A stretch of 64,000 nt of DNA, taken from positions 1,632,001 to 1,696,000 of the forward strand of contig CAXXFF010000002.1 of the NCBI GenBank assembly GCA_963676835.2. The letters are read 5' to 3'. The first letter of the stretch is position 1. Each line of letters opens with the position of its first letter. Of this stretch, positions 23,001 through 31,953 are shown piece after piece. The translations under genes were made by a program, and so were the position numbers. The DNA comes from Marispirochaeta sp. (GTDB taxonomy: Bacteria > Spirochaetota > Spirochaetia > JC444 > Marispirochaetaceae). Under the pieces are notes generated by a model that searched no databases, had not been told where the DNA came from, and saw only the letters and a program-made list of their open reading frames with translations.

Positions 23001-23424
23001 GTTCAATTACGACCGCTATCTGACGGGATTCAAAGAAGGCCAGCCGGGTATTATGAAATCCATGATGCGTATATCGGCTCTTTTTAACGGAATATATGCA
23101 GCAGTTCTTTGTTTTGATGATGAGGGACTTCAGGTTCAATATGCCCTGGGAATGGATGAAACAGCGAACAGAATGCTTTCTTTCAAGAAGGATGAAGAAC
23201 TTTTTAACCTTTTTATGGATTATCGTATAATCTATATACCCGGACAATCTTCTGGTGTTCCCTATTTTGACCGGCATCTGGACGAACGGGGACGGCATTT
23301 TATTGAAGGCCATATTTTTATTCCAGTGATTTTCAAGGAATTTCCTGCATATCTGTACATTTCGCTCAAGCAGCGAAAGGATAACCTTGGCGAATATATA
23401 AAAGTTATCGAAAATCTGCTATAG
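20086..23424 (+). CDS. Membrane protein: TM, extracytoplasmic (Cache-like?) domain, TM, acidic repeat, C-terminal globular (GAF-like?) domain
   Basis: 1112-aa ORF with two hydrophobic segments (about aa 6-28 and 289-309) and a (DEVEEL)35 repeat; domain calls are by eye only. Confidence 0.85.
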   Translation: MRPGYRIAVSLLITIIIFSVFTFFAYSGLFNYIERTVYNSRVSESIFQDLEGKAKVINEYHSLRIEALTEIFSDPVFSQVFRNNESRELIQKTLETDQQLQREIGGYIGFRFIDEDGKIWFSTLKGDLRESTATRRVYYLWKDIEPDYDYTDYLSVEKPFYILEAAGQRIAYSLPVYNSIGELNGTIIVYTGYSGLINSMVTRHVLEAGRATELAGSYMYLFNSAVVYSENLLDLIHDAVKGTEIKHSQAVIGSDESSVYTLFSYKGENGFILSYLAGEDETGMTPALKLLLLVFAFTTLFLISFLILSIRQDDMAVMTERIRRFQYGFVKEYIKHSDTIDLKRWRIDLDGQKDAIKKRMLKGIKKKQTEKASELFDENWGTVLELLGPSGRIDNPLELKNIEEILERVLERQQSIETRIVSTPGQGRGTVKTTTETTSKNKIPVNPETTNNRSVIDEVEELDEVEEIGEVEELDEVEEIGEVEELDEVEELDEVEELDEVEELDEVEELNEVEELDEVEELDEVEELDEVEELDEVEELDEVEELDEVEELDEVEELDEVEELDEVEELDEVEELDEVEELDEVEELDEVEELDEVEELDEVEEIGEAEELDEVEEIGEVEELDEVEEIGEAEELDEVEEIDEVEELDEVEELDEVEELDEVEELDEGEESTIPEEAEASEVEELEIREDDSPVYGYAFFADEDAFDLEALFHRPEDLGDIGIFEDAYDEVEELIDVDDEDLEERESKKRIQEIEELPEPSEEDLSAIAALHSAPLRVAIVPLENEPFEILDELEELGNESPAELIFEGMLTNPKGLTYQSLDRDFRYTEDAGSTISLHDDIPSQALIVGTIEKSLIEQIIAGELQGKAIEIRQIDDFLIEKAEEHQAIEEHDGVFRIKDTVYSSAKEGSKKDLRELVDSVLKKDQDNDSIDSILTTGVDLGLDFAADKSISDKERHKQQLQSLPILTDKGFNYDRYLTGFKEGQPGIMKSMMRISALFNGIYAAVLCFDDEGLQVQYALGMDETANRMLSFKKDEELFNLFMDYRIIYIPGQSSGVPYFDRHLDERGRHFIEGHIFIPVIFKEFPAYLYISLKQRKDNLGEYIKVIENLL
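21454..22083 (+). repeat. In-frame 18-bp tandem repeat, 35 units, encoding (D/G)E(V/A)EE(L/I)
   Basis: Consensus GATGAAGTAGAAGAGCTC; 630 bp = 35 x 18. Confidence 0.97.
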
Positions 23425-23465
23425 CATTGACCATTCAAGTAAATCTTCCCTGATAAAGGATTTGC

Positions 23466-23493
23466 TTGACAAATATGGTGCTATATTTATAAT
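23466..23493 (+). promoter_or_regulatory. sigma70 promoter for rny
   Basis: TTGACA-16 nt-TATAAT; SD GGAGG upstream of ATG 23524. Confidence 0.8.
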
Positions 23494-23523
23494 TAACTAA
23501 CATCTGCAACTGGAGGAAGGAAG

Positions 23524-25053
23524 ATGAACGTAATGTTGCTAGTTATTCTTCCTCTCGTAGGTATTATTCTAGGTTGGATTATTAGATGGGTTTATGCCCG
23601 ATTCCAGCTTTCGTCTGTTGAACAGAAAGCTGAACGCTTAAGTCAGGATGCTATAAGGGAAGCAGAGGCGAAAAAAAGAGAGCTTCTGCTTGAAACGAAA
23701 GATCAACTCCTAAAAGAGAGGAACCAGCAGGAGCGGGAATTTCGCGAAAGAAGGAGCGAGCTGCAACGACTGGATAGACGCTTGCAGCAGCGTGAGGAAA
23801 ATCTAGAAAAGAAACAGAGTCTGCTTGAAAGAAACAGGCAGGAACTCACCGATCGAGAGGGAAAGCTCGCAGAAGATGAGGCGCAGATTGCGCAGAAGAT
23901 AGAGCAATGGCGGGATGAGCTTGAAAAAATAGCCGGTCTTACGGCTGATGAAGCTAAAAAGCTCATAATGACCTCAATGGAAAATGAGGCCAAACACGAT
24001 GCTCAGTTGATTATCAACAAGATTGAGCAGGAAGCACAAACCACCGCAGAGAAGAAATCACGGGATATTCTTATTACCACGATTCAACGGCTTGCAACAG
24101 AGGTAAGCTCCGAAGTTACCGTTGCATCCGTAAGTCTCCCCAATGATGAGATGAAAGGACGTATTATCGGCCGTGAAGGACGAAATATACGTACCCTCGA
24201 AACTCTTACCGGTGTAGACGTCATTATTGATGACACTCCGGAAGCCGTGGTTATCTCCTGTTTTGATCCGATCCGGAAGGAGATTGCCAGGCGTTCTCTG
24301 GAACGGCTTATTACGGATGGTCGGATTCATCCGGCAAGGATTGAAGAGATCGTTCAGAAGGTAACCAAAGAGGTCAGTCAGATAATTCTGGAAGAGGGCG
24401 AAAAGATTCTCTTCGACCTTGGGGTTCACAACATGAGCCAGGAATGTATTCGGGCTCTTGGAAGGCTCTATTTCCGTACCAGTTACGGCCAGAATGTACT
24501 CAACCATTCCAAGGAAGTTGCCATTATTGCCGGAATGCTTGCTGCAGAGGTTGGGGCCGACAGAGAAATTGCCAAGCGTGGAGCCCTGCTTCATGACATT
24601 GGAAAGGGTATCGAGACTGACGGTGACGGTAACCATGCTGAACTGGGTATGGAGATGGCCCGGAAGAATGGTGAAGATCCCCGTGTAGTCAACGCTATCG
24701 GTTCTCACCATAACGATGTTGAGCCCAACTGTGTTGAGTCGGTGCTTGTTCAGATAGCAGACGCGATTTCCGCGGCCCGTCCCGGTGCACGTCGTGAAAC
24801 ACTGAACAATTATATAAAGCGGCTTGAGAATCTTGAGCGCATTGCCGGTGAGTTTGAAGGTGTTGAAAAAACCTTCGCTATACAGGCCGGTCGCGAATTG
24901 AGAATCATGGTCAATCATGACAAGATCAGCGATGATAAATCAAAAGATCTTGCCAAGGATATTGCAAAGAAGATTGAGTCCGAATTGCGTTATCCCGGCC
25001 GCATAAAGGTTACTATTATCCGTGAGACCCGGGTTGTTGAATACGCCCGATAG
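23524..25053 (+). CDS. rny: Ribonuclease Y
   Basis: N-terminal TM and coiled coil, KH motif KGRIIGREGRNIR, HD motif LLHDIGK, ADAISAARPGAR. Confidence 0.98.
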   Translation: MNVMLLVILPLVGIILGWIIRWVYARFQLSSVEQKAERLSQDAIREAEAKKRELLLETKDQLLKERNQQEREFRERRSELQRLDRRLQQREENLEKKQSLLERNRQELTDREGKLAEDEAQIAQKIEQWRDELEKIAGLTADEAKKLIMTSMENEAKHDAQLIINKIEQEAQTTAEKKSRDILITTIQRLATEVSSEVTVASVSLPNDEMKGRIIGREGRNIRTLETLTGVDVIIDDTPEAVVISCFDPIRKEIARRSLERLITDGRIHPARIEEIVQKVTKEVSQIILEEGEKILFDLGVHNMSQECIRALGRLYFRTSYGQNVLNHSKEVAIIAGMLAAEVGADREIAKRGALLHDIGKGIETDGDGNHAELGMEMARKNGEDPRVVNAIGSHHNDVEPNCVESVLVQIADAISAARPGARRETLNNYIKRLENLERIAGEFEGVEKTFAIQAGRELRIMVNHDKISDDKSKDLAKDIAKKIESELRYPGRIKVTIIRETRVVEYAR

Positions 25054-25084
25054 GTTTCATAAAGGGTAAGAAAGGAAGAGGCTT

Positions 25085-25885
25085 CTGGCTACACTTCAAT
25101 CCCTTAACGCTCTGGTTCTTGGCGACGTAATCGGTCAGCCCGGAATCAGGGCGCTTTTTGTTAAACTTAAAACTCTTATTCGCGATACTGGTGCTGATAT
25201 AGTCGTCATCAACGGAGAAAATGCCGCTGACGGATTTGGTATTACGCCGCAGGTGGCTGATCAGCTCTTTTCCTGCGGTGCGGATATAATTACCACCGGG
25301 AATCATGTATGGCAGAAGAGGGAAATTATTCCCATGCTGGAATCCTCCGATAGAGTTGTTCGACCCGCTAATTATCCTCCCGGAACACCCGGGAAGGGGG
25401 TTGCCCGTATTGATGTTAGAGGGGTACCGGTGGCGGTGGTGAATCTTCAGGGCCGGAGACATATGTACTCTACGGATTGCCCCTTTCGCTCTGCTGATGA
25501 CATTCTTAAACGGCTGAACGGAAAGGCAAAGGTTGTACTGGTTGATTTCCATGCTGAAGAGGTAATGGAAAAAGAGTCTCTGGCATATTATCTCGACGGC
25601 AGGGTAAGTGCTGTTTTGGGTACACATACCCATATTCAGACTGGCGATGAACGGATTCTGCCAAAAGGTACAGCCTATATTACCGATCTGGGAATGACCG
25701 GGCCCGACCATAGTGTTATCGGTGTAGATACTGCGACTGCTGTTGAACGATCATTAACGCAGATGCCATTGAAAATGGCAGTTGCCGACAATGAAGCTTG
25801 TATTCGCGGAGTTCACCTGGTTATCGATCCTGTAACCGGCAAAGCTCTTGAGATTAACCGGATTATGGTTGAATCTACCCTGTAA
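25085..25885 (+). CDS. ymdB: YmdB-family (TIGR00282) metallophosphoesterase, probable CTG start
   Basis: GDVIG, NGEN, TTGNH, DFHAE, GTHTH, D-x-GMTG; in-frame TAA at 25067 and no ATG/GTG/TTG before GDVIG. Confidence 0.93.
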   Translation: MATLQSLNALVLGDVIGQPGIRALFVKLKTLIRDTGADIVVINGENAADGFGITPQVADQLFSCGADIITTGNHVWQKREIIPMLESSDRVVRPANYPPGTPGKGVARIDVRGVPVAVVNLQGRRHMYSTDCPFRSADDILKRLNGKAKVVLVDFHAEEVMEKESLAYYLDGRVSAVLGTHTHIQTGDERILPKGTAYITDLGMTGPDHSVIGVDTATAVERSLTQMPLKMAVADNEACIRGVHLVIDPVTGKALEINRIMVESTL

Positions 25886-25912
25886 GGTTATCGGGGAACA
25901 GGGGAGCTTCCG

Positions 25913-26716
25913 GTGGCGTCGGCAAATCGTCATAGCAAAGTAAAAAAGGTCAGTCTGCTTAAGCTTCTTGCAAAATGTTATCCCGAAATTTCCCGGGAAA
26001 CCCTCTTTTCCTCAATTCTCTGCGGTGATATCAGGGTAAACGGAGGGATAATTCGTGACTCTAAAGAATTGATCCCTGTAGATGCGCATATTTCAATGGA
26101 ACGGAAACGTTATGTAAGCCGGGGCGGCGGGAAGCTGGAGACTGCTTTCAATGCCTGGCATTTTCCGGTGGAAGGTAAGGTCTTTATTGATGCAGGCTCA
26201 AGTACCGGAGGCTTTACCGATTTTCTGCTGCAGCATGGTGCCGCCGGTGTTCACTGCGTGGATGTGGGCTATAATCAGCTTGATTACTCACTGCGGAATA
26301 ATCCGAAGGTTTATGTTCACGAAAGAACCAATATTTTATCGTTTATCAACCCGAATCCGGAAGCGGATGCAGCTGTCGGAGATTTATCCTTCCGTTCTCT
26401 TTCGGGGGCTGTTCATCATGTTCTTCTTCAGACCAGGGAAAAGTGGGGTATTTTCCTGCTTAAACCTCAGTTTGAGATACAGAATCCCGGAAAAGATTTT
26501 GACGGTGTTCTATATGATAAAAACGAAGTCAGAACTGTTGTGCAGGAGACTCTTGTCTCTCTGGCGGATGAAGGCATACAGGTAATTGCTGTTGTTCCTT
26601 CAGCTGTACAGGGGACCAGGGGAAACCAGGAATATCTTTGTCATCTGTGCCTTGATGCTTCTGCAGATTCAGAAAGCTGTCGGGAAGCTATTCATCATAT
26701 TACAGCATCTTTATAG
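25913..26716 (+). CDS. tlyA: TlyA-family rRNA methyltransferase (GTG start)
   Basis: S4-like N-terminus, YVSRGGGKL, DAGSSTGGFTD, KPQFE, GNQEY. Confidence 0.95.
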   Translation: MASANRHSKVKKVSLLKLLAKCYPEISRETLFSSILCGDIRVNGGIIRDSKELIPVDAHISMERKRYVSRGGGKLETAFNAWHFPVEGKVFIDAGSSTGGFTDFLLQHGAAGVHCVDVGYNQLDYSLRNNPKVYVHERTNILSFINPNPEADAAVGDLSFRSLSGAVHHVLLQTREKWGIFLLKPQFEIQNPGKDFDGVLYDKNEVRTVVQETLVSLADEGIQVIAVVPSAVQGTRGNQEYLCHLCLDASADSESCREAIHHITASL

Positions 26717-26722
26717 GAGATT

Positions 26723-27496
26723 TCACCCTTCCCGTCCCAGGGGCTTGCCTATATACAAGCCTTCCGGGTTCAAGTACTGCTGTTTTACCCCTTCTATGAG
26801 AAACTGCACTTTGTCTACCGTTGGAAATTCGGTGGCGGTAAAAACAATCTGCTGAAGCTGCAGCTCCGCTCCCTCAAAGCCAAAGGCATTAAATCGGAAG
26901 GCTTCAGTCATATCTATATATGCAATACGGTCTCTTACTGCTACAGAACGGATTTTTGCATCCCTCGGCACCAGGCTTATAAGGTTCTGATTCAGTTCCT
27001 GGGATGATGGTCCTTCCAGTAATGCTTTCAAGGTATCTGTCAGGGGGGAATCCGAGTAATAGACCGGCCGGATGACCCTGCGGAGTTCCCCTTTTGAGCC
27101 GTCATGAAATACAAAATAGAGAGTGGCGCGGCGCAGACGCTTTTCTTCCGCAGGCTGAGTAGTCTGAGTTGTTTCTTCCGGTTTTTCGGTCTCAGCCTGA
27201 GGAACCACAGTTAAAGATATTTCAGTATCCTGACTTGTTTCCGTATTGTCTGCTGCGGGGACCGCGCTCTCTTCGGCATCTGGTTTTTTCTCGGGAACAT
27301 TTGAGTCTTCAGACTGGTTGCTATGCTCAATCTGAGGTTCTTCGTTCGTTGTGGAAATAATATCAACAAAACCGGTTGCTTCCATTACGCTTTCGATGCG
27401 GCGGCGGTTAAACAGGAATATTACAAGGACCAGCAGAATCAGAGCGATCCAGAAAAGACATCCCAGGGATGCTGTGCGTTTGCGTTTCATACCCAT
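26723..27496 (-). CDS. GerMN-domain membrane-anchored protein (start 27496 or 27490)
   Basis: Basic N-terminus plus TM, disordered linker, LLEGPS...QIVFTATEFPTVDKVQFLIEG. Confidence 0.85.
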   Translation of the reverse strand: MGMKRKRTASLGCLFWIALILLVLVIFLFNRRRIESVMEATGFVDIISTTNEEPQIEHSNQSEDSNVPEKKPDAEESAVPAADNTETSQDTEISLTVVPQAETEKPEETTQTTQPAEEKRLRRATLYFVFHDGSKGELRRVIRPVYYSDSPLTDTLKALLEGPSSQELNQNLISLVPRDAKIRSVAVRDRIAYIDMTEAFRFNAFGFEGAELQLQQIVFTATEFPTVDKVQFLIEGVKQQYLNPEGLYIGKPLGREG

Positions 27497-27520
27497 ATTA
27501 TCGTCCAGAAAGCGGAATAT

Positions 27521-27549
27521 TTGACAGTGGAAGGAAAAGGTCGTATAGT
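27521..27549 (+). promoter_or_regulatory. sigma70 promoter for ptsI (near-leaderless)
   Basis: TTGACA-17 nt-TATAGT, 10 nt before ATG 27560; no SD. Confidence 0.7.
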
Positions 27550-27559
27550 GATTTTTGAA

Positions 27560-29308
27560 ATGAGAGAGCTGACAGGAATTTCGGCTTCTCCTGGTATTAC
27601 CATAGGGACGGCCTTTCTCTATATAGATGAAGCATTTACGGTTCCCCGGTATGATGTAGATCAATCAGAGCTTGAGCGGGAATATGAGCGCTTTGAAGAA
27701 GCCCTTGAGAAAGCTACCCAGGAAATAATCGAACTCAAAAAACAGGCCTCATCACAGGTTGGCGGCAACGAGAGTAATTTTCTTGATGCCCATGTCCTTA
27801 TGATCCAGGATCCTGATTTTGCAGACAAGATAAAAGAGAATCTTTATGGTCGAAAAGAGAATGTGGAATGGATTCTGCATCAGACCATTGAAGGTGTTAT
27901 CAGCAAGCTTGCCTCAAGCCAGGATACCTATATAAGCGAACGCTCTATAGATCTGCATGATGTATCCAAGCGGGTGCTGAATCATCTTATGTACCGGGAC
28001 CGCATAAGCCTGGCGGATCTTGAAAAAGAAGTAATCCTTATAACCCATAACCTGCTGCCTTCTGATGCGCTGGCAATGAACAGCCGCATGGTAAAAGGCA
28101 TTGCCATGGATGCCGGCGGTAAAACGTCGCATACGGCTATTCTTGCCCGGGCTTTTGAGATACCCGCGGTACTTGGCCTCTCTTCGGTAACCAGGGAAGC
28201 CCGTACGGGTGATCAGGTTATAATTGACGGAAACCGTGGAAAGGTAATAGTTAATCCCGATAAAGCGACCCTTAAGCGCTACAGTGACATCCTGCAGGAA
28301 TGGCAGAAACGCGAGGTTGAGCTTGCAACACTCAACAGCCTGCCTGCGGAGACAAAAGACGGAAAGCTGATCGACCTTAACGCCAATATAGAGGTTCCGG
28401 AGGAGACAGAGGCCGTTGTAGCCCATGGAGCAGACGGAATTGGTCTGTTCAGGTCTGAATTTATTTTCATGCAGTCCGGCGGGGATGCCTCCGAAGAGTA
28501 CCAGTATAATATGTACCGTCGTGTACTAGAGGATCTGGACGGAAAACCCGTTACCATACGTACTCTGGATATCGGGGGAGACAAAGCTATTCCCGGGATC
28601 AGCAAATATGCAGAGAAGAATCCGATTCTCGGATGGAGAGCCATACGGTTCTGTCATTCCAGAACTGACCTGTTTAAAACGCAGTTGAGAGCACTTTTGC
28701 GGGCATCTGCTCATGGTGATCTGAGAATAATGTTTCCCATGATCTCCGGTGTCGAAGAACTGGATAACACCCTGGTTCTTCTTGAAGAGGTTAAAGATGA
28801 TCTCCGGGAAAAGGGGCTGGCGTTTCAGCCTGATATAAAAATCGGCAGTATGATAGAGGTTCCCTCTGCTGCTCTCACGTCTGATATTCTTGCCCGGAAG
28901 GTTGATTTCTTTTCAATCGGAACCAATGACCTCATTCAGTATACCATTGCTGTTGATCGTGGAAATGAGCGGGTGGCCTATCTGTATGAGCCTTTTCACC
29001 CCGGAGTTCTCAGACTGATTAAGATGGTGATAGATAATGCCCATGCTGCGGGTATTCCGGTCAGCATGTGCGGCGAGATGGCTTCTGACCCCATGGCCAC
29101 CGTGATACTTCTCGGAATGGGTCTGGACGTGTATAGTATGTCTTCCTTTGGTATCCCCGAGGTTAAACAGATTATCCGTTCAACCTCGATGCTGGAAGCC
29201 GAAGAACTCCTGGGCGAAATAATGGAAATGAAATCCTACCGGGAGATCGATCAACATGTTCACGGATGGATGAATGCACGCTACAATCTCGAACGCTACA
29301 CCGACTAA
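27560..29308 (+). CDS. ptsI: PTS enzyme I (PEP-protein phosphotransferase)
   Basis: GISASPG, GGKTSHTAILAR (phospho-His), GLFRSE, IGTNDL, CGEMA; start moved to 27560. Confidence 0.97.
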   Translation: MRELTGISASPGITIGTAFLYIDEAFTVPRYDVDQSELEREYERFEEALEKATQEIIELKKQASSQVGGNESNFLDAHVLMIQDPDFADKIKENLYGRKENVEWILHQTIEGVISKLASSQDTYISERSIDLHDVSKRVLNHLMYRDRISLADLEKEVILITHNLLPSDALAMNSRMVKGIAMDAGGKTSHTAILARAFEIPAVLGLSSVTREARTGDQVIIDGNRGKVIVNPDKATLKRYSDILQEWQKREVELATLNSLPAETKDGKLIDLNANIEVPEETEAVVAHGADGIGLFRSEFIFMQSGGDASEEYQYNMYRRVLEDLDGKPVTIRTLDIGGDKAIPGISKYAEKNPILGWRAIRFCHSRTDLFKTQLRALLRASAHGDLRIMFPMISGVEELDNTLVLLEEVKDDLREKGLAFQPDIKIGSMIEVPSAALTSDILARKVDFFSIGTNDLIQYTIAVDRGNERVAYLYEPFHPGVLRLIKMVIDNAHAAGIPVSMCGEMASDPMATVILLGMGLDVYSMSSFGIPEVKQIIRSTSMLEAEELLGEIMEMKSYREIDQHVHGWMNARYNLERYTD

Positions 29309-30605
29309 TCTCCCCAAAGTCGCCATAGTCGGACGCCCCAATGTGGGGAAATCAACACTTTTTAACAGACTTGTCGGCAAACGAATTGCCATAACTGATC
29401 CTACCCCGGGGGTTACCCGGGATCCGGTGGAAGCCCCCTGGAATACCGGTTCCGGCGATGTGGTACTGATTGATACCGGTGGCTATAAACTGGAACAGGA
29501 CGAACTGGATGCTCTTGTTACTCTCAGAAGTCTCAATACCCTCAAGGATGCCGACTGTATTGTCCTCGTTCTTGATGTTTCGGAGGTTACTCCGGAAGAT
29601 GAATCCTTTATGGATCATCTTCGTGCGTTTTCAGACAGGGTAATTGTGGCGGTAAACAAGGTCGATCACGAAACCCGGGAATCCATGGTGCATAATTTCT
29701 ACTCCTATGGATTTGAGCGCATTATTGGGATTTCCTCTGCCCATGGACTGGGGCTGGAAGAGCTTATTAATGCGGTTGTTGATATGGTGCCTGAAGGGGG
29801 GACTGCATCCGTAGTCGAGCCTGGAATACGGCTGGCTATTCTGGGGAAACCGAATACCGGAAAATCAACCCTGCTAAACAGGCTCTGCGGGGGTGAGCGG
29901 TCAATTGTTTCAGATATCCCCGGAACTACGAGGGATGTTGTAGAAGGAACCTTCAATTATCGGGATACCTTGTACAAGGTCCTTGATACTGCGGGAATCC
30001 GCAGAAAAGGTAAGGTGACTGATCAGGTTGAATACTACTCTGTAAACCGGGCAATATCCGCCATTGAGAATGCGGACATTGTTTTTCTTATGATAGATTC
30101 CCAGTTCGGCCTAAGTGATCAGGATAAAAAGATTGCCAGTCTTATTGTAAAAAAGGGGCGGGGAGTCGTTCTTGTTCTGAACAAATGGGACCTTATGTCC
30201 GGTATCCCCAATGAGGAAGCGGCGGTTGAAGACCGGGTGCGCTTCCTTTTTCCCATGCTCGATTTCGCTCCCCTGCTGCATATTTCTGCACTGAAAGGAG
30301 AAGGGATTGAACCTCTGCTCGATACGGCTTATAAGGTTTGGAAACAGCTCAACCGGAGGGTGGATACGGGAGAACTTAACCGTAACCTTGCATCATGGAC
30401 TGAACATTACGAGCCTCCCCGGGACCGGCGCGGACAGTACCGTACCAAGTATATTACCCAGGTTTCGGTTAATCCTGTATCCTTCACCCTTTTTGTAAAC
30501 CGGCCGAAAGGCTTTCCTGCAGGCTATCTGCAGTATCTGAAAAACAGGCTCCGCAAGGATCTGGGGTTCAATTTAATTCCACTTGATATTCATGTCAAAG
30601 GCTGA
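29274..30605 (+). CDS. der: Ribosome biogenesis GTPase Der (EngA)
   Basis: Tandem G domains GRPNVGKS and GKPNTGKS, DTGG/DTAG, NKVD/NKWD. Confidence 0.97.
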   Translation: MHATISNATPTNLPKVAIVGRPNVGKSTLFNRLVGKRIAITDPTPGVTRDPVEAPWNTGSGDVVLIDTGGYKLEQDELDALVTLRSLNTLKDADCIVLVLDVSEVTPEDESFMDHLRAFSDRVIVAVNKVDHETRESMVHNFYSYGFERIIGISSAHGLGLEELINAVVDMVPEGGTASVVEPGIRLAILGKPNTGKSTLLNRLCGGERSIVSDIPGTTRDVVEGTFNYRDTLYKVLDTAGIRRKGKVTDQVEYYSVNRAISAIENADIVFLMIDSQFGLSDQDKKIASLIVKKGRGVVLVLNKWDLMSGIPNEEAAVEDRVRFLFPMLDFAPLLHISALKGEGIEPLLDTAYKVWKQLNRRVDTGELNRNLASWTEHYEPPRDRRGQYRTKYITQVSVNPVSFTLFVNRPKGFPAGYLQYLKNRLRKDLGFNLIPLDIHVKG

Positions 30606-30622
30606 TAAACCGATAGTCTAGT

Positions 30623-31915
30623 ATGCACAATTCTGGAAAGAGGATTCTTTTTCCGCTCCTCATACTGGTCTCGGTAATGCCTCTCTGGTCTCAGGGATTT
30701 TTCTCGTCCGCAGCGAGGTTTGCCTCTCTGCCGGACGCGGTGGATCTCAGGGTTTCCCTGCGCACCTCAATTACTGCTTCCGCCTGGACTGCCCGGCGGC
30801 TTCCTTCAGATATCTATACCAGTGAGACCGCCGGGATCCCGGTGCGGTTTCAGGTTAAGACACAGGGGGATGCATTCTACCTTCTGCTTACAAACAGGTA
30901 TCAGGATTCCTTTCCCCTCTACAGTGCGGGAAGCTATATAATCAAACGGAGTCTGGATGACGGTAAGTTTGTTCAGGCAAAAATATTTCTCAAGAATGAC
31001 CCGGACTGTTTTATCCGGCTTTTCCCGTTTAAGGAACGTTCGAAGATTGAAATCTGGCTCTATGGAAGTCTGATCTACCGGGAAGTTGTGGTGCCTTCGA
31101 GTTTTGAGGAGCTGCTCTTCAGCCCCTTCTCTCGGATTGTTGCCCTTACGGAGCAGAAGATCGACTGGCAGCTGCTGCTTCCTCCGGATCATCCGGCACC
31201 GGAGGTAACCCTAAACACCGTAGCATCATTGCGCAAGGCGGTCGAACTTCTTCCCGATATGGATGACGGTGCCCTGGATGATCAGGGACGGTTTATTTAT
31301 ATCGAGTCCGGTGAGCGGGCTGAGGCGGGCGGTTTCAACTGTTCCGGTTTTGCCAAATTTGCCGCCGATGGTCTGTATCTGCCTCTGCATGGCTCTCTCA
31401 TGCCGGTGGAGCCCTTAAAGCAGAAGCATCCCGACCTCCGGGGTGATCCATGGTCGGCCAGGTACGAGGATGAGCGGGATCCATTTTTCGGGCTTGACTG
31501 GACGCGGAATATCGCAGCCTTTATAGCTACCGGTGATGTGAAGGCTTCCTCCTATGAAAAATATGATGTTCGTCGTATTCCGTGGTCAGTATATGCGGAA
31601 GATGTCGGGTTTCCGATGCAGGAAATTAAATCGGTTCTCTATTATGAAGCGAAGGAGAATCCCGGCAGTATGTATCTCGCATCGGTTAATCTTGATTATG
31701 GCACGGATCCGGTGCTGAGACAGCATGTTCATGTTGCTGTTCTTCTTCCATATATTAAAGAGACTGGAGATCTCTCGGTTGCCGTATTTGAGCGCAACAG
31801 GGAAACCAGTGTCTCTTCTCTTCTTGAACGCTATCCCGGCGGCCACATCCATCTTGTACGGATTCCCCTGAATGCTCTCTATTCTCTGCCTGCTCTTCCC
31901 GGGGAATCCCGTTAA
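30623..31915 (+). CDS. Secreted protein, possible divergent NlpC/P60-like cysteine hydrolase
   Basis: Signal peptide; GFNCSGF motif (Cys240) and HVHVAV (His368/370). Confidence 0.75.
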   Translation: MHNSGKRILFPLLILVSVMPLWSQGFFSSAARFASLPDAVDLRVSLRTSITASAWTARRLPSDIYTSETAGIPVRFQVKTQGDAFYLLLTNRYQDSFPLYSAGSYIIKRSLDDGKFVQAKIFLKNDPDCFIRLFPFKERSKIEIWLYGSLIYREVVVPSSFEELLFSPFSRIVALTEQKIDWQLLLPPDHPAPEVTLNTVASLRKAVELLPDMDDGALDDQGRFIYIESGERAEAGGFNCSGFAKFAADGLYLPLHGSLMPVEPLKQKHPDLRGDPWSARYEDERDPFFGLDWTRNIAAFIATGDVKASSYEKYDVRRIPWSVYAEDVGFPMQEIKSVLYYEAKENPGSMYLASVNLDYGTDPVLRQHVHVAVLLPYIKETGDLSVAVFERNRETSVSSLLERYPGGHIHLVRIPLNALYSLPALPGESR

Positions 31916-31953
31916 TTTGAAACTCGGATAATAATGAGGTACATTTGGCGGGT

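Noticed and set aside
27323..27664. Apparent long head-to-head overlap of ptsI and the GerMN gene
   Set aside because: Artefact of longest-ORF starts. Plausible starts are 27560 (+) and 27496 or 27490 (-), leaving a short divergent promoter region.
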